Source of the DNA: a virus
Length of the DNA stretch: 64,000 nucleotides
Strand: one strand, 5' to 3'
IMG/VR virus record: IMGVR_UViG_3300028025_000091
Coordinates: 109,790-173,789 of that record
In this document: one piece after another, positions 1 through 9,819 of the stretch
Layout: the number at the start of each line of letters is the position of its first letter
How positions within the stretch are numbered: the first letter of the stretch is position 1
Notes under the pieces: generated by a model
The model's database searches: none
What the model was told of the DNA's origin: nothing
Seen by the model: the letters and a program-made list of their open reading frames with translations, nothing else
Made by a program: the position numbers and the translations under genes

Positions 1-1575
1 AGACTTAATACAGATGGTACTAGAGATACAACATTTAATATAGGTACAGGATTTAATAATACTGCAACCTCAGCAACTGTACAACCAGATGGAAAAATAG
101 TTATTATGGGACTTTTTACTACATATAGTGGTTCCTCTTCAAACCGTATAATTCGCCTTAACCCTAGTGGTACTTTAGATACAACATTTAATATTGGAGC
201 TGGAATTGATACCGTAAGCAGCGCAGTTGGAGCTTCTAAGATTATTTCCACCCCAGATAACAAAGTTTATGCTACTACAGTAGGTATGGCTAGTTATAGT
301 GGTTCATCTATTGGTAATCTTGTTAAAATTAATTCAAGTGGTTCTATAGATACCACATTTGGTACTACTTCTTCATTTTCTTTTAATAGTACTGGAAGGG
401 GATTTTATGCTGCATCTAGCCCTGGTGGATACACATTGATTCTTAGTGGTTCAAGCGTAATAGTAGGAGGACAATTCTTAACATATAAAAATACAGCATT
501 TCTGTATGGTGGCATGATAGATACAACAGGTGCCATTTCTTCTTCATTTAACATAGGGGCAGGATTTAGTACTACAGTTCGAACATGGGTTACTCAATCT
601 GATGGTAAAATTTTAGCAGCCGGAGCATTTACCACATATAGTGGTTCCTCAACTAATACAACACGAATTATTCGTTTAAATAGAAATGGTACCCGAGATA
701 CTTCATTTGTAATAGGAACTGGATTCAACAGTACTGTAACAGATCTTAGAATACAATCTGATGGAAAAATATTAGCAATAGGACAATTCACAACATATAG
801 TGGATCCTCAACTAGTGGAATAGTTCGTTTAAACATAAGCGGTACTCGTGATACTACATTTAATGTAGGAACAGGTTTTACATTAGCACCAGATGCTAGA
901 CATTGTAAAATTCAATCAGATGGAAAAGTTGTAGTAGTAGGTAACTTTACTACATATAGTGGCTCTACACAACAATATATTACTCGAATTAATACTGATG
1001 GTACTAGAGATACAACCTTTAATATAGGCACAGGATTTAATAACACTGCAGAAGCAGTGATTCTTCAACCTGATGGAAAATTAATTGTAGGAGGACAATT
1101 TACAACATATAGCGGATCAAGTCAAAACCGTATAACCCGAATAAATACAGATGGTACTCTTGATACTACATTCAATTCAGGAACAGGATTTGGTGGACCG
1201 ACATATGCTTTAGCACTCCAATCTGATGGAAAAATAATATGTACCCATCAAAATCAAACATATAGTGGTTCTACAACTAGATATATAACACGGATTAACC
1301 CTAGTGGTACTTTTGATAATACATTTAACGCGGATGCAAATTCTTCTTTATCCTCTACATCAAATACCCAAAATAGTTTAGTAATTGCTAATGATGGCTC
1401 AATATATTGGGGAAATGCTTTTACTACTTTTAGTGGATCTTTTATACCAAACCGTATAGTAAGATTAAATACTAATGGATCAGTAGATGAAACATTTAAC
1501 CAAGCATTCCCTAATTTTGTTAACAATACAGGAAAAGGAGCAGATAGTACAGTAAACGCAGTATTATTAATATAA
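1..1575 (+). CDS. Delta-60 repeat (DUF5122-like) beta-propeller protein, likely virion/adhesin; 5'-truncated by window edge
   Basis: Repeated QSDGKI..G.FTTYSG...I.RLN..GT.D.TFN.G.GF units; frame is open from base 1 (RLNTDGTRDTTFNIGTGF...), so the true start is upstream of the window. Confidence 0.85.
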   Translation, partial: RLNTDGTRDTTFNIGTGFNNTATSATVQPDGKIVIMGLFTTYSGSSSNRIIRLNPSGTLDTTFNIGAGIDTVSSAVGASKIISTPDNKVYATTVGMASYSGSSIGNLVKINSSGSIDTTFGTTSSFSFNSTGRGFYAASSPGGYTLILSGSSVIVGGQFLTYKNTAFLYGGMIDTTGAISSSFNIGAGFSTTVRTWVTQSDGKILAAGAFTTYSGSSTNTTRIIRLNRNGTRDTSFVIGTGFNSTVTDLRIQSDGKILAIGQFTTYSGSSTSGIVRLNISGTRDTTFNVGTGFTLAPDARHCKIQSDGKVVVVGNFTTYSGSTQQYITRINTDGTRDTTFNIGTGFNNTAEAVILQPDGKLIVGGQFTTYSGSSQNRITRINTDGTLDTTFNSGTGFGGPTYALALQSDGKIICTHQNQTYSGSTTRYITRINPSGTFDNTFNADANSSLSSTSNTQNSLVIANDGSIYWGNAFTTFSGSFIPNRIVRLNTNGSVDETFNQAFPNFVNNTGKGADSTVNAVLLI

Positions 1576-1593
1576 ATTTAAAAAATAAAAACT

Positions 1594-1830
1594 ATGACAC
1601 TTAAAGAATTTTTACAAGACAAAACATTAACAGCTGTTGAACTAATCGACTATGATTACAACCAAGTTATCAACGTTTATGTTGATGGAGCAGGCTATGG
1701 CTTAGCTATAGATACATCCAATATCCCTGCCGGAACCCCATTAACATATACTACAGAATTTACATTAGAAGGAGATGTTTTATCTGTAAGTGATTTCTCT
1801 ATCAATACAAATGATATAGATATGCTTTAA
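1594..1830 (+). CDS. Hypothetical acidic protein
   Basis: 78-aa ORF after an A-rich leader, followed by a hairpin. Confidence 0.6.
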   Translation: MTLKEFLQDKTLTAVELIDYDYNQVINVYVDGAGYGLAIDTSNIPAGTPLTYTTEFTLEGDVLSVSDFSINTNDIDML

Positions 1831-1837
1831 AAAAATT

Positions 1838-1857
1838 AGGCCCCCCAAAGGGACCTT
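1838..1857 (+). terminator. GC hairpin, probable terminator overlapping the next promoter
   Basis: AGGCCCCCCAAAGGGACCTT, near-identical to the hairpin at 20529-20551. Confidence 0.45.
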
Positions 1858-1882
1858 CGTACATTTAATGAAAATAAAGGTT

Positions 1883-2467
1883 ATGTACGCATTTATTAAA
1901 GAAGGAAGTATTCGTCACAGTAGAGAAACGGTTATGGAGCATATCAAAAAACTTCAACCACTCAACTACAACCGATTCATGTGGTGGAGAACACATACTG
2001 ATAAAGTTACTCCACTAGGAAAACGTGCTTTACTCAAAGACCGTATCCTAAATGGTGATTTCAATCCATCTTCCTATTTTTGGCAAGCACAATTAGCACT
2101 TTATGTTGCTAAAGACAAACTTGACTTGAGAATCCACGATACTCGTTATCAACTTGATCTTGCTGGTGTTGATTTTATGCGTCACAAAAAATTAATGGAA
2201 GACTTTGAGAAGGAAGAAAAAAACCGTATGTTTGCTTTGTATGAAGCGTTTACTTCCGAATACAACATTACCAAAGAAGAATTAGAGGAGGCATTCCTCA
2301 AATCCCATGGCACCATTTTAGATTTCTATTACTATGCCGAGGAATTTTTGTACAAAACACCATCTTCCAACCGTAAAGACATGCGTGGACGACCTAAAAA
2401 AGTAAGAACTGAATCCGTACCTAGAGTTTTACAAAAAAAACGAGGTAGACCAAAAAAGAATAAATGA
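1883..2467 (+). CDS. Hypothetical protein with two C-terminal AT-hook-like RGRPKK motifs
   Basis: Start moved to the ATG after AAGGTT; MRGRPKK and KRGRPKK near the C-terminus. Confidence 0.65.
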   Translation: MYAFIKEGSIRHSRETVMEHIKKLQPLNYNRFMWWRTHTDKVTPLGKRALLKDRILNGDFNPSSYFWQAQLALYVAKDKLDLRIHDTRYQLDLAGVDFMRHKKLMEDFEKEEKNRMFALYEAFTSEYNITKEELEEAFLKSHGTILDFYYYAEEFLYKTPSSNRKDMRGRPKKVRTESVPRVLQKKRGRPKKNK

Positions 2468-2868
2468 AAACAGGAGTTATAGCAGGAAATTTTGACGTAA
2501 TCCATCCAGGATACATTTATATGTTTGATGAATGTAAACAAAATTGTGATCACCTTGTAGTATACCTACATAAAGATCCATCAATTGAACGTCCCGAAAA
2601 ACTAAAACCGATTTTATCGGTTGAGGAACGTCGTAAAATTCTATTTGCTTTAGATATCCCTACAGTTATAGCTTACGATACTGAAAAGGAGTTGTATTGG
2701 ATGCTTCATGATGGGAATTTTGATGTTCGATTTTTAGGAGATGATTACATTGGAAAACCATTCACGGGTGATGATTTAGATATACCCATCCATTATCTTA
2801 GTAGAGATCATGGTTGGTCAACAACAAAATATAAACAATTAATAGCAAATAGTTTAAATGAAAAATAA
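2464..2868 (+). CDS. Cytidylyltransferase family protein (TagD/RfaE-like)
   Basis: GNFDVIHPGY HxGH-type motif, ERRKIL, LGDDY, WSTT. Confidence 0.85.
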   Translation: MKTGVIAGNFDVIHPGYIYMFDECKQNCDHLVVYLHKDPSIERPEKLKPILSVEERRKILFALDIPTVIAYDTEKELYWMLHDGNFDVRFLGDDYIGKPFTGDDLDIPIHYLSRDHGWSTTKYKQLIANSLNEK

Positions 2869-3085
2869 CCAATACCCACAACCAAATGAGATTTGGCAAC
2901 ACTACAAAGGTGGAAAATACCAAATTGTAGCAATGTGTAATCACACAAATACAGATGAAGTACTTGTAATATATAAATCAATGTCATTTGGAGGTTTCCA
3001 TGCTCGTCCGTATAGTGAATGGCATGAACAAGTTGGAGAAACAGGAGCCGCAGGATATCCAATTTATCGTTTTGAAAAATTATGA
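2858..3085 (+). CDS. DUF1653-like protein
   Basis: WQHYKGGKYQIV..C.HT.T.E.LVIYK....ARP pattern. Confidence 0.8.
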   Translation: MKNNQYPQPNEIWQHYKGGKYQIVAMCNHTNTDEVLVIYKSMSFGGFHARPYSEWHEQVGETGAAGYPIYRFEKL

Positions 3086-4182
3086 ATATAGAACATGATT
3101 ACCTTAGACTCCTAAAGGATATCCTAGACAATGGAGTACAAAAACAAGATAGAACTGGAACAGGTACTATCTCAGTATTTGGAAGACAGATTAGACATAA
3201 GATGTCTGAGGGATTTCCTTTGATTACAACTAAGAAAATGCCATTTCGTCTTATAGCAACTGAATTGTTATGGTTCTTACGTGGTGATTCTGATATTAGA
3301 TTTTTATGGGAAAATAATTGTACAATCTGGGATGGTGATTGGTATAAGAAGTATAAAACTACTTGTTCTGAACCATACACATTAGAAGAGGTTAAACAGA
3401 AAGTAAAAGATGGTAACCATTCTTTTCACGATTCAATGTTTGATATGGGTCCTGTTTATGGTAGACAATGGAGAAGTTGGAGACGATATAGAAAATTACC
3501 AAAAGATGATTACACTACAGATTACAGAGAAAATGAACCAATAGATCAAATCCAAAATCTAATCAATGACCTTAAAACAAACCCAGATTCTAGACGATTG
3601 ATGGTTAATGCTTGGAATGTAGGTGAATTAGACCAAATGGTTCTTCCACCTTGTCATTATGGATTTCAAGTTTATACAAGAGAGTTGAGTTTCGCGGAGA
3701 GAGTTGTTTGGATAAAAAATAATTCATCAACCCAACAAATAACTCTACCACAATATATAGATGATAAATTTTCTTTGGATGAATTTTTTAAACCATATGG
3801 AGTTCCAACCAGAGCAATCTCCCTAATGTGGAATCAAAGATCAGTAGATACATTCTTAGGTTTACCATTCAACATTGCTTCATATGGTTTGTTATTAGAA
3901 ATTATTGCTAGAGAAGTCAATATGGTACCTGATGAATTGATTGGGAATTTAGGTGATGTACATTTATATTCAAATCATTTAAATCAAGCAAAAGAACAAA
4001 TTACGAGAGAGCCATTTAAATTACCTGAACTTCAGTGTTTAGATGAATATCATTACTTAATGGATGAAGAATTGGTTGATCCAATTCCACTCGATAAGAA
4101 AATACAACAATTTAGACCCGACTTTTTTATAATGAACAATTACGAATCCCACCCACATATTAAAGCACCTTTATCAAATTAA
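3082..4182 (+). CDS. thyA: Thymidylate synthase
   Basis: DRTGTGT, ELLWFLRG, GPVYG.QWR, LPPCH, QRSVD.FLGLPFNIASY, GDVHLY. Confidence 0.97.
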   Translation: MNIEHDYLRLLKDILDNGVQKQDRTGTGTISVFGRQIRHKMSEGFPLITTKKMPFRLIATELLWFLRGDSDIRFLWENNCTIWDGDWYKKYKTTCSEPYTLEEVKQKVKDGNHSFHDSMFDMGPVYGRQWRSWRRYRKLPKDDYTTDYRENEPIDQIQNLINDLKTNPDSRRLMVNAWNVGELDQMVLPPCHYGFQVYTRELSFAERVVWIKNNSSTQQITLPQYIDDKFSLDEFFKPYGVPTRAISLMWNQRSVDTFLGLPFNIASYGLLLEIIAREVNMVPDELIGNLGDVHLYSNHLNQAKEQITREPFKLPELQCLDEYHYLMDEELVDPIPLDKKIQQFRPDFFIMNNYESHPHIKAPLSN

Positions 4183-4186
4183 AATT

Positions 4187-4426
4187 ATGAAAAAATTAGT
4201 ATTAATATTAGCAGTATTAGGATTAACAAGTTGTGTTAATCAAATGGACCGTCTAAAAGACGCTCAAAAAAAGTATCCAAAATGTATTGTACAACCAACA
4301 ACAAGTTTACTAGCCAGAGATGGATATGAAATTATGGTAGAAGATACCATCACTAATCAAATTTATGTATTGAGTTACTACTCATTTAGTACAACAAAAA
4401 TTTCAAGTATCCGAAACATCAAGTAA
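4187..4426 (+). CDS. Small lipoprotein
   Basis: MKK + hydrophobic stretch + LTSC lipobox. Confidence 0.65.
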   Translation: MKKLVLILAVLGLTSCVNQMDRLKDAQKKYPKCIVQPTTSLLARDGYEIMVEDTITNQIYVLSYYSFSTTKISSIRNIK

Positions 4427-4842
4427 TGGAACTACTAAACACACACCCAATTAAAAAATCCGATTTAGGTTTCCATGGAAATCTATTTGGTGGCAAATTA
4501 CTATCATGGATAGATGCTTCAGCTGCAGGTTATGCAATGCAACTTTGTGATACCCCGAGAATGGTAACAGTATCGATTGATCAATGCAACTTTGAGAAAC
4601 CAGCCAAGGAATCCCAACTATTAAAAATTTATGGATATCCAAAACGTGTAGGAAACAGCTCAATGACTCTTTATATGGAAGCAAGAGCCCATAATGTTTA
4701 TACAGGCAAACAGGATATTGTATTGAAAACAAACACTACATTTGTTCAGATTGATGAAGGTGGAAATTCAATCCCACTTGGTGAAAAAGCTAAAAAGAGA
4801 ATTAATGGGATGCTTGGAGAAAACTTGGTTTTTGAAAAATAA
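4426..4842 (+). CDS. Acyl-CoA thioesterase (hotdog fold, YciA-like)
   Basis: DLGFHGNLFGGKLLSWID, VTVSID...F..P, RVGNSSM. Confidence 0.85.
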   Translation: MELLNTHPIKKSDLGFHGNLFGGKLLSWIDASAAGYAMQLCDTPRMVTVSIDQCNFEKPAKESQLLKIYGYPKRVGNSSMTLYMEARAHNVYTGKQDIVLKTNTTFVQIDEGGNSIPLGEKAKKRINGMLGENLVFEK

Positions 4843-4874
4843 TTTTGTATATTCCGGGTATAAAAATAAGAGTT

Positions 4875-5111
4875 ATGATATTTAGAAAAAAAACAAAAGC
4901 CAAATTTAAATTATTCCTACGAAATTTAGGAATGCTTTGTAAAGGACCAACTGGATCCTCAAAACGAATTAGAATCTCCAAAACAGTTTACCCAGACAAT
5001 ACAGTTGTTGAACATGGTTATATTACAGAAGTACCTCAAAACAAAGATTCATTTGCTTCCGAGTTGCATGTTTACAATGAAATTAAAAAATCCGTAAAGA
5101 AAAATAAATAA
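4875..5111 (+). CDS. Hypothetical basic protein
   Basis: ATG after AGAGTT; promoter-like TTTGTATATT at 4844. Confidence 0.55.
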   Translation: MIFRKKTKAKFKLFLRNLGMLCKGPTGSSKRIRISKTVYPDNTVVEHGYITEVPQNKDSFASELHVYNEIKKSVKKNK

Positions 5112-5131
5112 ATCCCCTAAAAATAAAAGTT

Positions 5132-5455
5132 ATGAAAATCGAGAGAGAAAAAGTTATGAATTTGTTAAAGCCGGCTATGAACCTTATTATTGTAGCAGCT
5201 GTTGGAACAGCTATGTTCCGTTTAGGAATTGCTTATCAATCACATGAAAGCAAAGAAAATATCAAAGTAGATAACCCATATGCACACGCATTTTCCCCTG
5301 AGGAAATTTCAATCGCAGTTAACGAATCAAACGAGTTGATCATGATTGAACGTTCAACTGGAAAATACATTGTATATTCAGATCAAATTGGCCAAACCAT
5401 CTTTGGAATGTATGCCAATCGTATTCACCAAGAGGTAACTAATGTTAGTAAATAG
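5132..5455 (+). CDS. Hypothetical membrane-anchored protein
   Basis: N-terminal hydrophobic segment; coupled to the downstream transglycosylase gene. Confidence 0.6.
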   Translation: MKIEREKVMNLLKPAMNLIIVAAVGTAMFRLGIAYQSHESKENIKVDNPYAHAFSPEEISIAVNESNELIMIERSTGKYIVYSDQIGQTIFGMYANRIHQEVTNVSK

Positions 5456-5963
5456 TATCAAAATCGGTATTGTAGCGGGGGCAGTTATTGCCACCGCTCT
5501 TACTGTTACTGAACCGGAAGTTCAAGCAACTCAAGACGTGCGCATTCCGGACAGTATCGATCAAAGTTCACCCCCATGTCTGCAGATGTATGAGTACATT
5601 AAAGCATACGCTGATACGTTTGATATTCCATTAAATTATGCATTTGGAATAGCATATTGTGAAACAAGATATGAAGGTCCATTTCAGTGGAAATATAACC
5701 CTGCCCAAACCTCCCCTACAGGTGCTGAAGGACCAATGCAAATTTTGCTTTCAACAGCACGTTACTTAAACAAAGATAAAGTTTCACGTGAACGTTTACG
5801 TACTGACATTGGGTATAACGTGAAAACTTCAATGGGTTATTTAAGACGTTTATACAATCGTTACAAAAGTTGGCCAATTGTGTTTGGATACTACAATACA
5901 GGTTACCCTAGAGTAAATGATTATGCAAGAAAAGTTGTAAATTTTAAAATGAATTGGATATGA
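5442..5963 (+). CDS. Lytic transglycosylase (SLT domain) with N-terminal signal/anchor
   Basis: IAYCET catalytic Glu, GAEGPMQI, N...GYL, YNTG motifs. Confidence 0.85.
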   Translation: MLVNSIKIGIVAGAVIATALTVTEPEVQATQDVRIPDSIDQSSPPCLQMYEYIKAYADTFDIPLNYAFGIAYCETRYEGPFQWKYNPAQTSPTGAEGPMQILLSTARYLNKDKVSRERLRTDIGYNVKTSMGYLRRLYNRYKSWPIVFGYYNTGYPRVNDYARKVVNFKMNWI

Positions 5964-6208
5964 AAGAAGTAGTTTGTATAAACGATAAAAACCTACCTGA
6001 AGGTGCAGCAGTAGTAAAGGGTAGAGAATATAATGTAGTAGAAGAATTTATAAACAACTATGACCAGCGAGTTTATATCATTGAAGGTATTGTAAATGAA
6101 GGTACTACTAAAATGGGATTACGTTGGGTTGGATATGATGCATCTCGATTTGCAATCCCCGAAACATTAATGGAAGAAACTTACGAACACGCATACGCAG
6201 AAGCTTAA
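5960..6208 (+). CDS. Hypothetical protein
   Basis: ORF overlapping the upstream stop (ATGA). Confidence 0.6.
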   Translation: MKEVVCINDKNLPEGAAVVKGREYNVVEEFINNYDQRVYIIEGIVNEGTTKMGLRWVGYDASRFAIPETLMEETYEHAYAEA

Positions 6209-6209
6209 T

Positions 6210-7007
6210 ATGAAAAAAGTAAAAATTAGTCACGAGGTACCATTTTGCCTCTTAGAACAAAGTAGAAAATTTAACGACTACGATTATTGTTTACCCCACT
6301 TGATGGACGAAAATGAAGAATATCGCAACTTCTTCTACGAATCAAAGAAAATGGGTCGATATATTGTAATGGACAATTCACTCCATGAACTAGGTGAAGC
6401 ATACAATACAGAACGTTTAATGCACTGGATTGGAGAAATCAAACCAAATGAATTCATAGTTCCAGATGTATGGGAGAACTATGCTGAGTCAGTTAGAAAT
6501 GCAAAACAATGGGCTCAAGTAGAATTACCAGACGGAGTAACTAAAGTAGCAGTAGTACAAGCAAAATCAATGTATGAAGCAGGATTATGTGTTCAAGCAT
6601 ATCGTGATTTTGGATACAAGAAAATTGCATTTTCATATGGTGCAGAATACTACCACAGTGAAATGTGTCCACATCCAAACAAAGATTTAGGTAAAGCAAT
6701 TGGTCGTTACATGGTTTTATCAACTTTCCAAAACAATAAAACACTTTTGCCAAACGATAGAGTACATTTGCTTGGAACCGCATCCCCAATTGAATTTGGA
6801 ATGTATAAAAATATGCCATTTATTGAATCAATTGATACTTCAAATCCAATTATGGCAGCAATTGGTGAAATGCCTTATACAAAAATGGGGTTATATCAAA
6901 AACCACTTGCAAACATGAACAAATACCAAGATATAAGCATTGATTTTGTAAACGAAGATCTTATAGAATACAATGTTGAAATGTTTCGTACAATAAATGG
7001 ACTCTAA
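6210..7007 (+). CDS. DpdA-like 7-deazaguanine DNA transglycosylase (TGT fold)
   Basis: TGT-family motif order MDNS..ELG, VPD, VAVVQ, HLLG, SIDTS; lies next to queC/queD/queE. Confidence 0.7.
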   Translation: MKKVKISHEVPFCLLEQSRKFNDYDYCLPHLMDENEEYRNFFYESKKMGRYIVMDNSLHELGEAYNTERLMHWIGEIKPNEFIVPDVWENYAESVRNAKQWAQVELPDGVTKVAVVQAKSMYEAGLCVQAYRDFGYKKIAFSYGAEYYHSEMCPHPNKDLGKAIGRYMVLSTFQNNKTLLPNDRVHLLGTASPIEFGMYKNMPFIESIDTSNPIMAAIGEMPYTKMGLYQKPLANMNKYQDISIDFVNEDLIEYNVEMFRTINGL

Positions 7008-7054
7008 TTTGGAGTCCATATTTTATTTTAGTATATTTATACAAACAATAAGTT

Positions 7055-7312
7055 ATGGAATATTTAAGTTTATATGATTACCTAAAAAGACCCGCAGGTG
7101 GTGAATTAGGTAGAGAAGTAGCACAAGCAGCTAGTAAAGCAGGTGTTAAATTAGAAACTCGAGAGGTTTCAACCCCAAATTATACAGGAATAGTATATTT
7201 GTATCCTAATGATTTCTTAGATTTTTATTTTAGAGAACCTGATTCAAATCTAATGGATGAATTACCTGGAGAATTAAATTATAATATTGGAGACGACGAT
7301 TTACCATTTTAA
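7055..7312 (+). CDS. Hypothetical protein
   Basis: 85-aa ORF ending DDDLPF (SSB-like acidic tail). Confidence 0.6.
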   Translation: MEYLSLYDYLKRPAGGELGREVAQAASKAGVKLETREVSTPNYTGIVYLYPNDFLDFYFREPDSNLMDELPGELNYNIGDDDLPF

Positions 7313-7321
7313 TAAAAAAAT

Positions 7322-8170
7322 ATGAAACACGTAGTAGTATCCTTATCTGGAGGGATGGATTCCTCCACATTGTTACTTCGTTGCTTGAAAGAGTACGATA
7401 CCGTAACAGCAATTTCATTTGACTATGGTCAAAAACATCGAGTTGAGCTTGAACGTGCTCAATCGTTGGTAGATTATATTAATCATATTAATTCTGCCTA
7501 TTCATCAATTCGTTATCGTCAAATCCAATTAAATGGATTAGTTGATCTTTTAGATTCAGCTCTGGTAACAGGTGGAGATGATGTACCTGAAGGACATTAT
7601 GCTGAAGAAAACATGAAAGCAACAGTTGTTCCAAATAGAAACAAAATATTTGCTTCAATCGTACAAGCAGTTGCACTTTCAGTAGCAAATAAAACAGGAG
7701 AAAATTGTGATATTGCAATGGGAATCCATGCAGGTGATCATGCAATTTACCCTGATTGCCGACAAGAATTTAGAGATGCAGACGACCATGCTTTTAGAAT
7801 GGGGAATTGGGATGCAGAGCGAGTAGGTTACTTTACACCATACCTTGAAGGTGATAAATTTACCATCTTACAAGATGGAGAAGTATTATGTGGTGAATTA
7901 GGTTTAGACTTTAATGAAGTATATAAACGTACAAACACTTCATACAAACCAATTTTCCTTAATTTAGCATTTGTAAATAATGAAGATGAAATAGTTGATT
8001 GTTCAGATTGGTTCTCTGATTATAAATCAGCAAGTTCCGTGGAGCGAGTAGAGGCCTTTATTAAATTAGGAAGACCTGATCCCGCAGGATATGCAGATGA
8101 AGAAGGTCCTGTAAGTTGGGAACATGTAGTAACAGAAGTAACAAAAGTACTAGAAAACCATGAAGGATAG
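7322..8170 (+). CDS. queC: 7-cyano-7-deazaguanine synthase
   Basis: SLSGGMDSST PP-loop, FDYGQKH..E, VPNRN, YPDCR. Confidence 0.95.
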   Translation: MKHVVVSLSGGMDSSTLLLRCLKEYDTVTAISFDYGQKHRVELERAQSLVDYINHINSAYSSIRYRQIQLNGLVDLLDSALVTGGDDVPEGHYAEENMKATVVPNRNKIFASIVQAVALSVANKTGENCDIAMGIHAGDHAIYPDCRQEFRDADDHAFRMGNWDAERVGYFTPYLEGDKFTILQDGEVLCGELGLDFNEVYKRTNTSYKPIFLNLAFVNNEDEIVDCSDWFSDYKSASSVERVEAFIKLGRPDPAGYADEEGPVSWEHVVTEVTKVLENHEG

Positions 8171-8204
8171 TTGTATTATAGACTGGGAATTATACCAAAA
8201 AGTT

Positions 8205-8339
8205 ATGGCAAAGAAAAGAACAATTAAAGTATGTACCGGGATTGGATTGAATATGTTTTTTCCCGAATACATTACTATCGAATTAACCGATATAGATACA
8301 GAAATTAAAACACCTAAAAAAACAAAGAAAAATGGGTAG
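8205..8339 (+). CDS. Small hypothetical protein (44 aa, not in ORF track)
   Basis: AAAAGTTATG start context; overlaps the queD start. Confidence 0.45.
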   Translation: MAKKRTIKVCTGIGLNMFFPEYITIELTDIDTEIKTPKKTKKNG

Positions 8340-8817
8340 ATATATTAGCACAAAATTATTTGAAAATTATTCCGTTGCACTTAGACAATGGAGAGCATCT
8401 CACTCACATTGTGAATTGTTACATGGTTATGCTTTGAAATTCAAAGTATGGTTTGCTTCAAACGAACCGCTAGAGGAAAACCAATTAGATGACATGAACT
8501 GGATCGTTGATTACGGTGGGTTCAAAGATGCACCTAAAGGTAATGGTTTGAAATCTTGGATGAATTATATGTGGGATCACACATTGTTGATCGAGAAGGA
8601 CGATCCATACTTAGACTTTTTCGAATCGGCAGCAATGGAAGGTTTATGCGCACTTCGAGTAATGGACAAAATGGGCGCAGAATCATGTGCTAAATTAGTG
8701 TTTGATCATTTTAACGACGTTTTAGCCAAAACAGACGCCGGAAGATGCAAAGTAATTAAAGTAGAATGTTTCGAAAACGACAATAACTCTAGTATTTATG
8801 AAGAAACGGAAGCCTAA
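8332..8817 (+). CDS. queD: 6-carboxytetrahydropterin synthase
   Basis: HC.LLHGY, WIVDYG, WDHTLL, AES.A, CFEN motifs. Confidence 0.9.
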   Translation: MGRYISTKLFENYSVALRQWRASHSHCELLHGYALKFKVWFASNEPLEENQLDDMNWIVDYGGFKDAPKGNGLKSWMNYMWDHTLLIEKDDPYLDFFESAAMEGLCALRVMDKMGAESCAKLVFDHFNDVLAKTDAGRCKVIKVECFENDNNSSIYEETEA

Positions 8818-9025
8818 ACAACTTAAACCTGTTCCTCCAATTACAATAGGACCATTTAGTCCTAGAGTAGCAAAAATTCTTACAGATGCTGATAAAGAAT
8901 ATCAAAAAAATAGAAAAGATGAACAATAGCTATTACACAACAACCACCACTTTTGGTGACATTAAATTCACTTATATATTTTAACAAAATAGCGACTTTG
9001 GTGCGTTTTTACCATATGTATAATC

Positions 9026-9607
9026 ATGGAACGCACCAAAATTTACTATCTACATTACGGAAATAATGTACCAATTTATGTAGGAAAATCTAATAGAATC
9101 CAAGGTAGAATATCTAATCATAGAAAAAATTTCGGAAAAGATATTATAGCTGAAGTGTTAGATGATGTACCTTTACATGAATGGAAGTTTTGGGAGTGTT
9201 TTTGGATAGAACAATTTAAACAATGGGGGTATGTTCTTTCAAACAAAAACAATGGTGGTGGAGGAGCTACTAAACAAAATTTTTCCCCTATTAGAAGTCA
9301 AAAAATAAGTAAAGCTAGACTAGGTAAACCTATGCCCCATAAAGGAAAAAAATTCACAGAAGAGCATAAAGAGAAAATTAAATCTACTCGAGGTTTTCTC
9401 CAATCCCGCCCAAATACTTGGACAAATCAACCAGTTCTTCAATATAATTTAGATGGAACTTTTATAAGGGAATTTGGTTCCCAATTAGAAGCTTCGTATT
9501 TTTTACAGGTAAAAGGAGATGGAGTTGGAGCCTGTTGTAGAGGTAAACAAAAATCTGCTTATGGTTACATATGGAAATTTAAAAATATAAAACAACAAGA
9601 ACAATGA
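9026..9607 (+). CDS. GIY-YIG homing endonuclease with NUMOD DNA-binding motifs
   Basis: KIYYL...IYVGKS, EEHKEKI (NUMOD3-like), VLQYNLDG...SAYGYIWK (NUMOD1-like); paralogous to 52043-52732. Confidence 0.8.
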   Translation: MERTKIYYLHYGNNVPIYVGKSNRIQGRISNHRKNFGKDIIAEVLDDVPLHEWKFWECFWIEQFKQWGYVLSNKNNGGGGATKQNFSPIRSQKISKARLGKPMPHKGKKFTEEHKEKIKSTRGFLQSRPNTWTNQPVLQYNLDGTFIREFGSQLEASYFLQVKGDGVGACCRGKQKSAYGYIWKFKNIKQQEQ

Positions 9608-9807
9608 AGACAAAATTTTTACAAAGTGTAGAGAGATACACAAACACGAAAGGAAAAACAGGTTACAAAGCTATTTATAGCAATGGAATTGATTTTCAAA
9701 CATTATTCTTCCCAATTAGAAATGGAGTAGATGTTATTAATATTCCTTCAATTATTAACTCAGTTCAAACAATAGATGATTTAGAAGCTATTGGAGCAGA
9801 ACTTTAA
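9604..9807 (+). CDS. Cassette-borne hypothetical protein
   Basis: Starts at the junction ATG; bounded by junctions. Confidence 0.65.
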   Translation: MKTKFLQSVERYTNTKGKTGYKAIYSNGIDFQTLFFPIRNGVDVINIPSIINSVQTIDDLEAIGAEL

Positions 9808-9819
9808 AAAACAAGAACA